Origin: Alphaproteobacteria bacterium
GTDB lineage: Bacteria > Pseudomonadota > Alphaproteobacteria > MPNO01
Assembly: GCA_965202835.1 (NCBI GenBank)
Contig: CBDBCA010000002.1
Span: forward strand, 1,392,427-1,456,426
DNA length: 64,000 bases
Reading direction: 5' to 3'
A program made the position numbers and the translations under genes. This document shows, piece after piece, positions 1-9,194 of this stretch. Every line of letters begins with the position of its first letter. Positions within the stretch are counted from its first letter, which is position 1. The notes below the pieces were generated by a model. The model saw only the letters and a program-made list of their open reading frames with translations, did no database searches and had not been told where the DNA came from.

Positions 1-19
1 ATCCACGCTCCCACTGCCA

Positions 20-38
20 CCCCGGACTTGTTCCGGGG
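20..38. repeat. REP-like hairpin, copy A (CCCCGGA-cttgt-TCCGGGG)
   Basis: Same motif as 14055-14081 and the 25001-25146 pair. Confidence 0.6.
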
Positions 39-121
39 GCCAAGCCCGGTCATGACGCTGGAGGGAAGAGCGGACTTCGCGCATCGATTCCCCCGCGTTC
101 CCTCACGTTGGCCTGCGTCCC

Positions 122-1138
122 ATGACCGACCTCGTGACCGGCGGGGCCGGGTTTATCGGCGGCCGGCTTGTCGAGCGCCTGCGGCGGGAGGGCGCGAGCG
201 TGCGAGTGCTCGATCTCGACGGCGATGCGACGCTTCCGGAGGGCGTCGAACGGATCGTCGGCTCGGCGTCCGATCCCGGAACCCTGCGGCAGGCGATGGA
301 AGGGGTCGTCCGGGTCTTTCACGTCGCCGGCAATCCCCGTCTCTGGGCCCCGAGAGAGGCCGACTTCGCAGCCGCCAATGTCGAGACCACGCGGGAGGTG
401 CTCGACGCGGCGGCGCGGGCCGGTGTGGCGCGGATCGTCGTGACCTCGACGGCGGCCATCCATTTCGGGGCCGGGCGCGAAGGCCGCAAACCCACGCTCG
501 ACGACATGCCGGGCGCCTATACGCGTTCCAAGTTCCTCGCCGAGCGGGCGGCGCTCGACGCGGCCGCCGGCGGCGTTCCGGTCGTCATCCTCAACCCGTG
601 CCTGCCGATGGGGGCGGGCGACCGCAACCTCACGCCGCCGACGCGGATGCTGCTCGACTTCGTGAACGGCGCGGTCCCGGCCTTTCTCGACTTCGAGCTC
701 CGGATCGTCGATGCCGGCGACCTCGCCGGAGCCTATGTCGCGGCGGCGGAGCGCGGCACGGTCGGCGAGCGCTATTTTCTCGGCGGCCCGCCCGTCCGGC
801 TGTCGCAGCTGCTCGCGGCGGCGGAGCGGATCACCGGGCTCGAAATGCCCCGGCGCCGGGTCCCTTACCCGCTGGCGTTTGCCGCCGCCTCGGTTTCCGG
901 ACTCGCTTCGCGCGTCACCGGCCGCCCGCCCAGGGCGCCGCTCGAGGGAGTCCGGATGGCGCGGCGGCCGGCGGCGCCGGGAGAGCTCGCGACCGCCGCC
1001 GATCTCGGGTTCGAACTGCGCCCTGTGGAAGACACGCTCGCCGACGCGCTCGACTGGCTCGACGAACGGGGCCTCGTGACCCGGCGCTTCAGGACCGGCG
1101 CATCGGCCAGGCCAGCATCAGGCCAGGCAGCACGGTGA
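122..1138 (+). CDS. NAD-dependent epimerase/dehydratase (extended SDR); hopanoid-associated sugar epimerase HpnA-like by context
   Basis: N-terminal Rossmann motif TGGAGFIGGRLVERL and the YxxxK region of extended SDRs. Convergent with, and 50 bp overlapping, the HpnN-like RND gene. Confidence 0.7.
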   Translation: MTDLVTGGAGFIGGRLVERLRREGASVRVLDLDGDATLPEGVERIVGSASDPGTLRQAMEGVVRVFHVAGNPRLWAPREADFAAANVETTREVLDAAARAGVARIVVTSTAAIHFGAGREGRKPTLDDMPGAYTRSKFLAERAALDAAAGGVPVVILNPCLPMGAGDRNLTPPTRMLLDFVNGAVPAFLDFELRIVDAGDLAGAYVAAAERGTVGERYFLGGPPVRLSQLLAAAERITGLEMPRRRVPYPLAFAAASVSGLASRVTGRPPRAPLEGVRMARRPAAPGELATAADLGFELRPVEDTLADALDWLDERGLVTRRFRTGASARPASGQAAR

Positions 1139-3806
1139 GGCTGCAGGCCAGCAGGCTGACCAGCGCGACGGTCAGCAACACGCCCATGCTCGCCGTCCCG
1201 GGGTGATGCGAGATCGCGAGGCTCGCGAAGGACGCCGCGGTGGTCAGTGCGCTGAACAGGACCGCGCGCGGCGTGCTGGAACGGATCGCCGGCGCGGCCG
1301 CGCCTTCGCGCCGCTCGCGCGCGAGCAGGTGAATCCCGTTGGCAACGCCCAGGCCGAACAGGAGCGGCAGCACGATGACGTTGGCGTGGTTGAAGGAGAG
1401 CCCGGTCGCGACCATCGCCGCGATGGCGATCGACGCCGCCAGCACCAAAGGGAAGAAGCCGATGGCGACCGACCGGAGCGAGCGAAGCGTCACCGCAAGC
1501 AAAAGCGCGATGGCGAGAATGGCGGTCGCCGTCGCCTGGAGGAACGACGCGATTACCGTGTTCCCCGCCTCCAGCACGGTAATCGGCGGACCCACGGCCC
1601 GCGGCGCCGCGCCCCGTACCGTTTCGACGAAACGGCGCAGCGCGTCCCTGTCCCGGTGAATCGGCGCCCGCGCGCGGATCTCGACCTTGGCGCGCCCGTC
1701 CCCCGCGACCCAGCGATCGCGCAGCGCGGCAGGGACCGCTCCGGCATCGACCGGCTCTGCGGAGAGCGCTTCCCGCAAACGCCCCACCGCCGCGGGGAGA
1801 TTCTTCAACAACCGATCCGAGAGACCGGTAAGCCGGCCGGGCGAGGGGTCGGAGTCGATCAGGCCGGCGAGCGCGGTGGCGAGGCGCCTCGCCGACCGGG
1901 CCTCCCCGCCTTCGCCCGTGGCCGCGAGCGCGTCCAGCGCCTGCCCGAGGGCGCGCAGCGCGTCCAGGGTCTCGGTCCCGGTGGGCGGCGGCACGCGGTC
2001 GGCGGCGAAGGCCGGATCGACCAGCTCCGCCACCTCCTCGACGATTTCGAGCTTGTCGTCCTGCCCGTCCGGCACGAAGCTCGACAGGGTCCGGACGCTC
2101 TCGACCTCGGGAAGTTGCTTGAGCCGGGCGGCGGCCGCGTCGGCCTCCGCGACCGAGCCAGCGAGCTGGACGAGCGCATAGCTATCGCCGTCGCCGCTCT
2201 CGACCAGCTCCATCACGGTCCGGACCGACTCGCTCTCCGGGTCCTTGAGGCGGAGCGGATCGAAATCGAAGCGCACAAACGGAGAGACCGTGGCGGTCGC
2301 GACGAGGACGACGCCGGCGGCGATGACGATGCCGCGCGCGCGGCCTTCGACGAGGCGCGCGACGGTCTCCGAGAACCCGCCTGCGCCGTCGCCCGCGCCG
2401 TCCGGCCGCACGCGGAGCACGGCGATGAACGCGGGCAGCAGGGTCATGGTCGCCAGGAAGCCGATCGCCATTCCGGCGCCGGCGATCAGGCCGAGCTCGG
2501 CGAGTCCCAGATACGGGGTCGGCAGGAAGGCGAGGAAGCCGATCCCCGCCGCGAGCCCGGCGAGCGCGAGCCCGGGCCCGACGCTGGCGGCGGCGAGCGC
2601 GTTGGCCGCGCCGCCTTCGAGCCCGAGCCTCGCCGCCTCGCGCCAGCGAAGCCCGTAATGGATGCCGAAATCGACGCAGAGCCCGATGAAGAGCACCGCG
2701 AAGGCAACCGAGATCAGGTTGAGCACGCCGACCGCGGCGGCGGCGAACGCCGCCGTCCACACCAGCCCGACGACGAGCGTGAGCAACGCGGCGAGCGAAA
2801 TGCGGATCGACCGGAAGCAGAGCAGCAGGAGCAGGCTCACCAGTCCAAACGAGAGAGCGCCCGCCAGCTCCATTCCCCCGCGCACGGATTGAAGCTCGTC
2901 GTGCCGGAGCGCGGGCCGGCCGGTGAGGCGCACGTCCACCCCCTCGCTCAGCTCGGCCGGCATGGAAGCGGCGATCTCGCGGATCGCGCCGATGGCCTCC
3001 CTGCCCGGCCGGAACCGGTCGAAGGCGAGCGCGATCTCGACCAGGAGGATCTGCCGCCTGCCGGAACGGCGGTCGTCGCCCGGGCCGAACATCAGGTTCA
3101 TCCAGGACAGCTCGCCCGGCTCCTTCCGGGCTTCCGCCAAGACAACGGCGGCAATGCGGTCCAGCGCGGCCGCGAGACCGTGGAGCCCGCTTTCCCCGCC
3201 CTCCTCGACGCGCTTTTCGACGGCGAGCGACAGCATCTCGGCGACACCCCGGATGCTGCGGTCCTGCCAGACCGTGCCGATGAAGGGCTGCGCGGCGAGG
3301 ATCCGGTCCGCCGTATCCTCCAGCTCCTCGATGGGCAGCAGGAGCAGCCCGTTGCGCCGGAAGAAGGGATCGCCCTGCGGATGGAACACCGAACGGAACA
3401 GGTCGGGCCGGCGGGCGATATCCGCGCGCATCCGGGCGGCGGCGCGTTCGGCCTGCTCCGGCGTCGCGCCGTCGATCACGACGACGAGGTCGCGCGCCTG
3501 TTTCGGGAAGGTCCTGCGCAGCTCGATGTTGAGTTGCCGGAAGTCGAGCTCGGCCGAAAGCATGTCGGCGGTGTCGGAATTGATCTTGACCGTGCGCGCA
3601 GCATAGATCCCGGCACCGACCGCGCTGACGACGGCAAGGACCGCGATCGGCCAGGCGAAGCGGTGGGCGATCCTGCCCCAGTGGGCGAAGAACCGTCCCG
3701 CCTTGCCGGTTTCCTGATAGGGCGGTGCTGTCAAGGAAGCCCTGGCGTTCAGGGAGGGGAAGGGCGCCGGCGCGTGGTTATGGGCGCTCCCGAGCCCGCC
3801 GGTCAA
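1089..3806 (-). CDS. RND/MMPL-family transporter, hopanoid biosynthesis-associated HpnN-like
   Basis: 905-aa ORF with two multi-TM blocks separated by periplasmic domains (MMPL architecture). Adjacent to the HpnA-like epimerase. The N-terminal start is uncertain because the first ~40 aa are low complexity. Confidence 0.7.
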   Translation of the reverse strand: MTGGLGSAHNHAPAPFPSLNARASLTAPPYQETGKAGRFFAHWGRIAHRFAWPIAVLAVVSAVGAGIYAARTVKINSDTADMLSAELDFRQLNIELRRTFPKQARDLVVVIDGATPEQAERAAARMRADIARRPDLFRSVFHPQGDPFFRRNGLLLLPIEELEDTADRILAAQPFIGTVWQDRSIRGVAEMLSLAVEKRVEEGGESGLHGLAAALDRIAAVVLAEARKEPGELSWMNLMFGPGDDRRSGRRQILLVEIALAFDRFRPGREAIGAIREIAASMPAELSEGVDVRLTGRPALRHDELQSVRGGMELAGALSFGLVSLLLLLCFRSIRISLAALLTLVVGLVWTAAFAAAAVGVLNLISVAFAVLFIGLCVDFGIHYGLRWREAARLGLEGGAANALAAASVGPGLALAGLAAGIGFLAFLPTPYLGLAELGLIAGAGMAIGFLATMTLLPAFIAVLRVRPDGAGDGAGGFSETVARLVEGRARGIVIAAGVVLVATATVSPFVRFDFDPLRLKDPESESVRTVMELVESGDGDSYALVQLAGSVAEADAAAARLKQLPEVESVRTLSSFVPDGQDDKLEIVEEVAELVDPAFAADRVPPPTGTETLDALRALGQALDALAATGEGGEARSARRLATALAGLIDSDPSPGRLTGLSDRLLKNLPAAVGRLREALSAEPVDAGAVPAALRDRWVAGDGRAKVEIRARAPIHRDRDALRRFVETVRGAAPRAVGPPITVLEAGNTVIASFLQATATAILAIALLLAVTLRSLRSVAIGFFPLVLAASIAIAAMVATGLSFNHANVIVLPLLFGLGVANGIHLLARERREGAAAPAIRSSTPRAVLFSALTTAASFASLAISHHPGTASMGVLLTVALVSLLACSLTVLPGLMLAWPMRRS

Positions 3807-3880
3807 GCGCCGGCCGCTCTTGAGTCCTTCGCGGCCCGCCCTATGCTTCGCGCGCGCCGATGTCCCCGAAGGAGCATGCG

Positions 3881-4429
3881 ATGACGCGATACCGGCCCGT
3901 CAGGCCCGAAACCATGAACGACGCCCAGAAGGCGGTATACGAGTCCATCGCGTCGGGGCCGCGCGGCGACGTGTTCGGGCCCTTCCCGGTGCTGCTGAAC
4001 AGCCCGGGGCTCGCCGACCAGGTGCAGAAGCTCGGCGCCTTCATCCGCTTCGGATCGTGCCTGCCGGGGAACCTGCGCGAGATAGCGGTCCTCGTGACAT
4101 CGCGGTTCTGGGCGGCCGAGTTCGAATGGTACGCGCACGCGCCCATCGCCCGCGAGGAAGGAGTTGCCGACGGGATCGTCGAGGCGATACGGACCGGCGC
4201 CGAGCCGTCCTTCGCGGACGAGGCGGAGGAGGCGGTCTATCGCTTCGCCGCCCAGCTGCACGAGACCCGCGACGTCGACGACGCGCTCTATGGCCGCGTC
4301 CAGGGGCTGATCGGGCAGGAGGCGCTCACCGACTTGATCGCGGTTTGCGGCTACTACACGATGCTCGCGATGACGCTCAACCTCTATCGCGTGCCGACGC
4401 CGGACGGATCGACCGCCTTCGGCGACTGA
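3881..4429 (+). CDS. carboxymuconolactone decarboxylase (CMD/AhpD-like) family protein
   Basis: The ORF-track protein 3860..4429 is trimmed to the second Met, which follows AAGGAG at the right spacing. A paralog lies at 46247..46792 (shared blocks NGPRG, GPFPVLL, SPGLAD, EWxAHAPIA). Confidence 0.7.
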   Translation: MTRYRPVRPETMNDAQKAVYESIASGPRGDVFGPFPVLLNSPGLADQVQKLGAFIRFGSCLPGNLREIAVLVTSRFWAAEFEWYAHAPIAREEGVADGIVEAIRTGAEPSFADEAEEAVYRFAAQLHETRDVDDALYGRVQGLIGQEALTDLIAVCGYYTMLAMTLNLYRVPTPDGSTAFGD

Positions 4430-4448
4430 GGCCGGGGAGGAGCGAGGG

Positions 4449-5210
4449 ATGGAGAAAGGCGCGGCCGTACTGGTCACCGGGGGCTCGTCCGGGATCGGCG
4501 CGGCGTCCGCCCTGCAGCTCGCCGAGAAGGGCTGCCGCGTGGCCGTCAACTACCGCGCCAACGAATCCGGCGCGGCGGACACCGTGGCGGCCTGCGAAGG
4601 CGCCGGGGTCGAGGCGTTCGCGATCCAGGGCGACGTATCCGACGATTCCGCGTGCCGCCGCATGGCCGAGGCGGTCGAGGCGCGCTGGGGCAGGCTCGAC
4701 GGGCTGGTCAACAACGCGGGCGCCACCCGGTTCCACGACCCCTTCGACCTGGAAGGGCTGACGGCCGACGACTTTGCTTCGTCCTACGCGGTCAACGTCA
4801 CCGGCGCGTTCCAGATGGCGCGCGCGGTCGTGCCGGCGATGAAGCGGGCGGGCGGCGGCGCGATCGTCAACGTGTCGTCCTTCGCCGCCGCGATCGGCGC
4901 CGGGAGCTCGATCGCCTATACCGCGTCCAAGGGCGCGGTGAACACGCTGACGCTCTGCCTCGCCCGGGTGCTCGCGCCCGAGATCCGGGTGAACTGCGTC
5001 GCGCCGACGCTCACCGACACCCGCTGGAACCGCTCCGGGCTCGGCGACAAGCGTTACGAGAAGGTCCTGTCGGGTTTCGTGGCCTCGGCCCCGCTCAAGC
5101 GCAAGATCGTCGCCGAGGACGTGGCCGACGCCATCGTCTGGCTGGTCACCGGCGCCGAGCTGGTGACCGGCGAGATCGTTCCGATCAGCGCCGGCACCCA
5201 TCTCGGTTAG
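4449..5210 (+). CDS. SDR-family oxidoreductase
   Basis: TGGSSGIG Rossmann motif, NNAG, and the SxnYxxxK catalytic pattern (YTASKGAV). Confidence 0.85.
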   Translation: MEKGAAVLVTGGSSGIGAASALQLAEKGCRVAVNYRANESGAADTVAACEGAGVEAFAIQGDVSDDSACRRMAEAVEARWGRLDGLVNNAGATRFHDPFDLEGLTADDFASSYAVNVTGAFQMARAVVPAMKRAGGGAIVNVSSFAAAIGAGSSIAYTASKGAVNTLTLCLARVLAPEIRVNCVAPTLTDTRWNRSGLGDKRYEKVLSGFVASAPLKRKIVAEDVADAIVWLVTGAELVTGEIVPISAGTHLG

Positions 5211-5236
5211 CCCGGCCCGGGATTACCACTGTCCGG

Positions 5237-5424
5237 TTTATAGCGTGTCCGTTCTTGATTGAACCGCCTCGCCCAATTTCTGCCGTCATGGTCGGCGAAG
5301 GCCGACCATCCACGTTTTGTTTTGAATCCAGAGACTTAAAAACTCGTGGATGGTCGGCCTTCGCCGACCATGACGGTTGGGAAGCAAGGGGTAACAGCGC
5401 TTTCTATCCGAAACGGACAGACTC
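5237..5424. repeat. MITE-like 188-bp repeat, copy 1; 32-bp perfect internal inverted repeat arms (5282-5313 / 5344-5375) around a 30-bp AT-rich spacer
   Basis: Near-identical to 39959-40146. The arms CCGTCATGGTCGGCGAAGGCCGACCATCCACG and CGTGGATGGTCGGCCTTCGCCGACCATGACGG are exact reverse complements. Short terminal inverted repeats (tgtccgtt / aacggaca). It sits in a lower-GC intergenic region. Confidence 0.75.
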
Positions 5425-5697
5425 TGGCTTTCCGGGCCGGGCTCCGCGCCCATGAGCGAGACCGTCCCCGCCCCCCGGTGTCGGCTACGGATTCGGGTTC
5501 TACGCGGCGTCGCTACGCATCTGATGCCTGCAACCTTGATGCGATGATGCTTTCATGCCGTGCGGGGCGTCATGCGAAGGCCGGGCCACAAGCCGTTGAC
5601 GCGGCGTCCGCTTTCGCCGCCGCGCACCGTCCCGAACCGCGCGGGCGCCAACCCCTCGTGTCCCCTGGGGACAGAAAAAAATGCCGTTTCAGGCTAA

Positions 5698-5751
5698 TGT
5701 TTCACGTGAAACAATGGTCAACGATGCTGACCTATGTTTCACGTGAAACAT
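5698..5751. promoter_or_regulatory. two copies of the 16-bp perfect palindrome TGTTTCACGTGAAACA (5698-5713 and 5736-5751; the second extends to 18 bp, ATGTTTCACGTGAAACAT)
   Basis: Read directly from the sequence. Centres are 38 bp apart. They lie between the 3' ends of the convergent SDR and GST genes. Candidate dimeric transcription-factor operator or structured RNA. Confidence 0.5.
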
Positions 5752-5771
5752 CAGGCGGTCGAAAGGCCGGG

Positions 5772-6395
5772 CTACCCCTGGCCGAAATCGAGCCCGCGCC
5801 GCACGCCGGGCCTGGCCTCCATCTCCCCGTACCAGCGGTCGAGATTGGCGTAGCCCTGCATCAGATGCGGCGTCACCTGCTTGCAGCGGACCAGCGTGCC
5901 GAACATCGCGAAATCGGCGATGCTGACCGCCTCGCCGCCGCAATTGGCGCGCGTCGCGAGCGCTCCGTCCCAGACCCGGAGGAAATCGCTGAAGCGCTCC
6001 TCGAACATCTTCTGGGTCGGCTCGTGCGGGTTTTCCGAGCGCACGATGGCGAAGATCGTCGACAGCGTCGGTCCCATGTCGGAGAGGATGTTGACGTAGC
6101 GCTCCCGGAACAAAGGCTGGTTTTCCGCCGTGGATATCCCGAACCGGCCGGTCTTGTCGGCGAGATAGGCGAGGATCGCGCCCGATTGCGCCATGGTGAG
6201 CGAGTTCCCGTCCGGCCCGTCATGGTCGACGATCGCCGGGGTCAGACCCTGCGGGTTGATCGCCAGGAAGTCGGCCTCGCTGTGCGCGCCGGCGAAGATG
6301 TCGACGAATTTGAGGGTGTAGGCGAGGTTGCACTCCTCCAGCATGATCTTGACGCGGATGCCGTTCGAGGTGGCCGCGGCGTAGAGGTCGATCAA
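5772..6395 (-). CDS. glutathione S-transferase
   Basis: Thioredoxin-like N-terminus (MIDLYAAATSNGIRV...) with an alpha-helical GST C-terminal domain. Confidence 0.8.
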   Translation of the reverse strand: MIDLYAAATSNGIRVKIMLEECNLAYTLKFVDIFAGAHSEADFLAINPQGLTPAIVDHDGPDGNSLTMAQSGAILAYLADKTGRFGISTAENQPLFRERYVNILSDMGPTLSTIFAIVRSENPHEPTQKMFEERFSDFLRVWDGALATRANCGGEAVSIADFAMFGTLVRCKQVTPHLMQGYANLDRWYGEMEARPGVRRGLDFGQG

Positions 6396-6423
6396 TTGTT
6401 CCTCCTTCGGTGGGGCGTGGGGT

Positions 6424-7308
6424 TCAGCGGGTCACGCAGCTCTCGGTGAAGGCGCGGACCGCCGCGTTGAAGGCCTCCGGGTGCTCGCGATAGCAAAAAT
6501 GCCCGGATTCGTTGAAGATGTGCAGATAGGTGCGGCGCTCCTTCGCGGTCAGGAACTCCATCAGCGCCATGCCCTGCCAGAGCGGGGCGGTCGGGTCGTT
6601 GTAGCCCCAGAGCATCAGCGTCGGACGCTGCAGCCCGCGGTCGAGCAGCCAGCGATGGGTCTCCTCGAGATCGCGCTGGAGATCGGGCAGGAATTTCGTG
6701 GCCAGCAGCCCTTCGTCGGACATCTTGCGCACCGCCTCCTCGTATTTCGGCGTGTGCGCCGCCTCCACCGCCACGTCGAGCCAGCCCTCGGTGACGCAGG
6801 CCGCGCTGTAGGAGTAGCGCTCGAACACCCAGCGATGGCACTCGCGCGAGCGCAGAGGCAGCGGCGGATCGGCGTGGACGATCTCGTTGCGCCCGGCGCC
6901 GGGGGACAGCGTGCCCGAATCCACGATGATGCAGGAGCGGCACTGCTCGGGATGCTGGAGCGCTTGCCGGGTCACCAGGTAGCCGCCGCGCGAATGTCCG
7001 CAGAGATGGGCGGGTCCGATGCCGAGCGTCTCCATGAAGCGCGAGACGTGGTCGGTCTGGGCCTGGATGGTGTAGCCGTCGTCGGTCTTCGGGTTGTCGG
7101 TGAACCCCATGCCGAGCTTGTCGAGCGCGTAGACCCGGTAATGCTCCGACAGCGCGTCGAAGTTGAGGTCCCAGTCGTCGGCGAGGTCGGCCGCGAAGGT
7201 GCCCATGTGCCCGCCATGGACCAGCACCATCGGCTCGCCCTCGCCCTTCTCGAAATAGCGCGTCCTGATGCCGTCGACATCGACATATCTGGGATCCGAA
7301 AGCGGCAT
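6424..7308 (-). CDS. alpha/beta-fold hydrolase (meta-cleavage product hydrolase-like)
   Basis: HGGH and GHSRGG nucleophile-elbow motifs. Start taken at MPLSD, which is preceded by AGGGGGAA; the longer ORF-track start is a TTG. Confidence 0.8.
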   Translation of the reverse strand: MPLSDPRYVDVDGIRTRYFEKGEGEPMVLVHGGHMGTFAADLADDWDLNFDALSEHYRVYALDKLGMGFTDNPKTDDGYTIQAQTDHVSRFMETLGIGPAHLCGHSRGGYLVTRQALQHPEQCRSCIIVDSGTLSPGAGRNEIVHADPPLPLRSRECHRWVFERYSYSAACVTEGWLDVAVEAAHTPKYEEAVRKMSDEGLLATKFLPDLQRDLEETHRWLLDRGLQRPTLMLWGYNDPTAPLWQGMALMEFLTAKERRTYLHIFNESGHFCYREHPEAFNAAVRAFTESCVTR

Positions 7309-7393
7309 TGTTTCCCCCTCGCGTTGGTCCGGTCCGCTATGATCGGGCAATCATAGCGCGGCGCGGCGGGGAACCGCCATGAGGGGGGAACGG

Positions 7394-8227
7394 ATGCTCG
7401 AACTCTACGATTTCAACAACTCGGTCTGCGCGCAGAAGGTCCGCATGACGCTCGCCGAGAAGGGGCTGGAATGGACGGAGCGCGAAGTCGATCTGTTCCG
7501 GCTCGAGCAGTACGACCCCAAGTACCTCGCCTTCAACCCGAAGGGCGTGGTGCCGACGCTGGTCCATGACGGCACACCGGTGATCGAATCGACGCTGATC
7601 TGCGAATATCTCGACGACGTGTTCCCCGATCCGCCGCTCCGCCCTTCCGCGCCGATGGAACTGTCGGCGATGCGGGTCTGGTCCAAGACGGTGGACGAGG
7701 GTCTCCACGCGGGCATCACCGCGATCAGTTTTTCCGCCATGTTCCGCGAGCGCATGCGGGGAATGACCGACGAGCAGCGCGCGAAGCGCTGGCGCAATAT
7801 CGGCGATCCGGCGCGCAGCGACCGCGACCGCTCGGTTTACGAGCATGGCGTGGAGTCGCCCCATGTCTACAACGCCATCGCGGCGTATGAGTCCGCGTTC
7901 GGGAAGCTGGAGAAGGCTTTTGCCCACGGGCGAAGCTGGGTCATGGGCGATGCCTTCACCCTAGCCGACATCGTGCTCGCCCCCTATATGGCGCGGCTCG
8001 ACTACCTCACCTTGCTCGACGTCTGGACCGGGGGCCGGCCCGGCGTCGCGGCCTGGTGGGAAAAGTTGAAGGAGCGCGCGTCCCTCCGCGTCCAGCTCAG
8101 CGGCAGGCTCACGCCGGAGATGATCGGGCCGATGAACCGGTTCGGCGCCGCGATCCGCGAGCGCGTGGCGGAGCGGCGGGACGAACACCTGGCCGAGCTC
8201 GCCGAAGCCCGCGCGGACGCGGCCTGA
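7394..8227 (+). CDS. glutathione S-transferase family protein
   Basis: MLELYDF...VPTLV...ES GST N-terminal motifs. An SD (AGGGGGGAA) precedes the second ATG. Confidence 0.75.
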   Translation: MLELYDFNNSVCAQKVRMTLAEKGLEWTEREVDLFRLEQYDPKYLAFNPKGVVPTLVHDGTPVIESTLICEYLDDVFPDPPLRPSAPMELSAMRVWSKTVDEGLHAGITAISFSAMFRERMRGMTDEQRAKRWRNIGDPARSDRDRSVYEHGVESPHVYNAIAAYESAFGKLEKAFAHGRSWVMGDAFTLADIVLAPYMARLDYLTLLDVWTGGRPGVAAWWEKLKERASLRVQLSGRLTPEMIGPMNRFGAAIRERVAERRDEHLAELAEARADAA

Positions 8228-8228
8228 G

Positions 8229-9194
8229 GTGAAGGCCTGGCGGTCGGGCGACGTCCCCGGCATAGAGGGCATCGCGCTCGCCGAGATCGCGCCGCCGCGC
8301 CCGGGCCCGGGCGAGTTGCTGATCCGTGTCGAGGCCGCGGCGATCAACTTCTCCGATCTCCTGATGATCGGCGACCGCTACCAGGTCCGCCCCGACCGTC
8401 CCTTCACCCCCGGCCAGGAGGTCGCCGGCGTCGTGGAGGAGGCCGGGCCGGGTGCGGCGATCCGCCCCGGCGCACGCATCGCCGCCAAGACGATCTGGGG
8501 CGGTTTCGCGGAGAAGGCCGTCGTCCGCGACGACATGGCGATGCGACTCCCCGACGGGATTCCGTTCGCGACCGGGGCCGCGCTGCCCGTGGTCTACACC
8601 ACCGCGGTCGTCGCGCTCACCGAGACCGCCTCCGTTCGCGAGGGCGACAGCGTCCTGGTCTTCGCCGCGACCGGCGGCATGGGCATCGCCGCAATGCAGG
8701 TCGCCAAGGCGCTCGGCGCGCGGGCGATCGCCGTCGCCTCGGGCGCGGCGAAGGAGGCGGTCGCCCGGGAGGAAGGCGCCGATGCCGTCATCCCCTCCGG
8801 CGCGGACGATTTCGTCGACCGCGCGATGGCGGCCTCGGGCGGAAGGGGGGTCGATATCGTCGTCGATACCGTCGGCGGCGAGGCGACGGCGCTTGCGCTG
8901 GAATGCCTCGCCTGGCGCGGCGAGCTCCTGATCGTCGGGTTCCTGAGCGGGGAGGTGCCCAGGATTCCGGGGCATCGGCTTCTGCTCAAGGGAGCGTCGG
9001 CGAAAGGCGTCTACTGGGACCACGACCGCGACCGGGCGCTCGTCGGGCGCGCCGTCCGCCGGGTGCTGGAGATGGCCGGGAGCGGTGCGATCCGGCCGCG
9101 CGTCGATACGCGCTACCGCCTCGCCGAACTGCCGCGCGCGCTACACGCGCTCGCACGGCGCGAGACGGTCGGCAAGCTGGTGCTTGCGACCTGA
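8229..9194 (+). CDS. NADPH:quinone oxidoreductase / zinc-independent MDR-family alcohol dehydrogenase-like
   Basis: MDR fold with an AxxGGxG nucleotide motif (AATGGMGIAAMQ). Confidence 0.8.
   Translation: MKAWRSGDVPGIEGIALAEIAPPRPGPGELLIRVEAAAINFSDLLMIGDRYQVRPDRPFTPGQEVAGVVEEAGPGAAIRPGARIAAKTIWGGFAEKAVVRDDMAMRLPDGIPFATGAALPVVYTTAVVALTETASVREGDSVLVFAATGGMGIAAMQVAKALGARAIAVASGAAKEAVAREEGADAVIPSGADDFVDRAMAASGGRGVDIVVDTVGGEATALALECLAWRGELLIVGFLSGEVPRIPGHRLLLKGASAKGVYWDHDRDRALVGRAVRRVLEMAGSGAIRPRVDTRYRLAELPRALHALARRETVGKLVLAT

Noticed and set aside
1203-3884. 893-aa ORF on the + strand, plus many other long ORFs (e.g. 9847..11688 -, 21045..23819 +, 25031..27613 +, 49750..52296 +, 52402..54228 +, 22750..24075 -)
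   Set aside because: They lie antisense to, or frame-shifted within, confidently identified genes (hpnN, hutU, phaA/LLM, the sterol desaturase region, Mo-oxidoreductase, TPP enzyme). They are Arg/Ala/Gly/Pro-rich with no motifs. This is the typical shadow-ORF artefact of a roughly 70% GC genome.
5430-5700. tRNA or other structured RNA in the lower-GC gaps (also 9195-9650 and 38870-39330)
   Set aside because: No T-loop GGTTCGANTCC-type motif with a matching acceptor stem was found by eye. tRNAscan-SE was not run.
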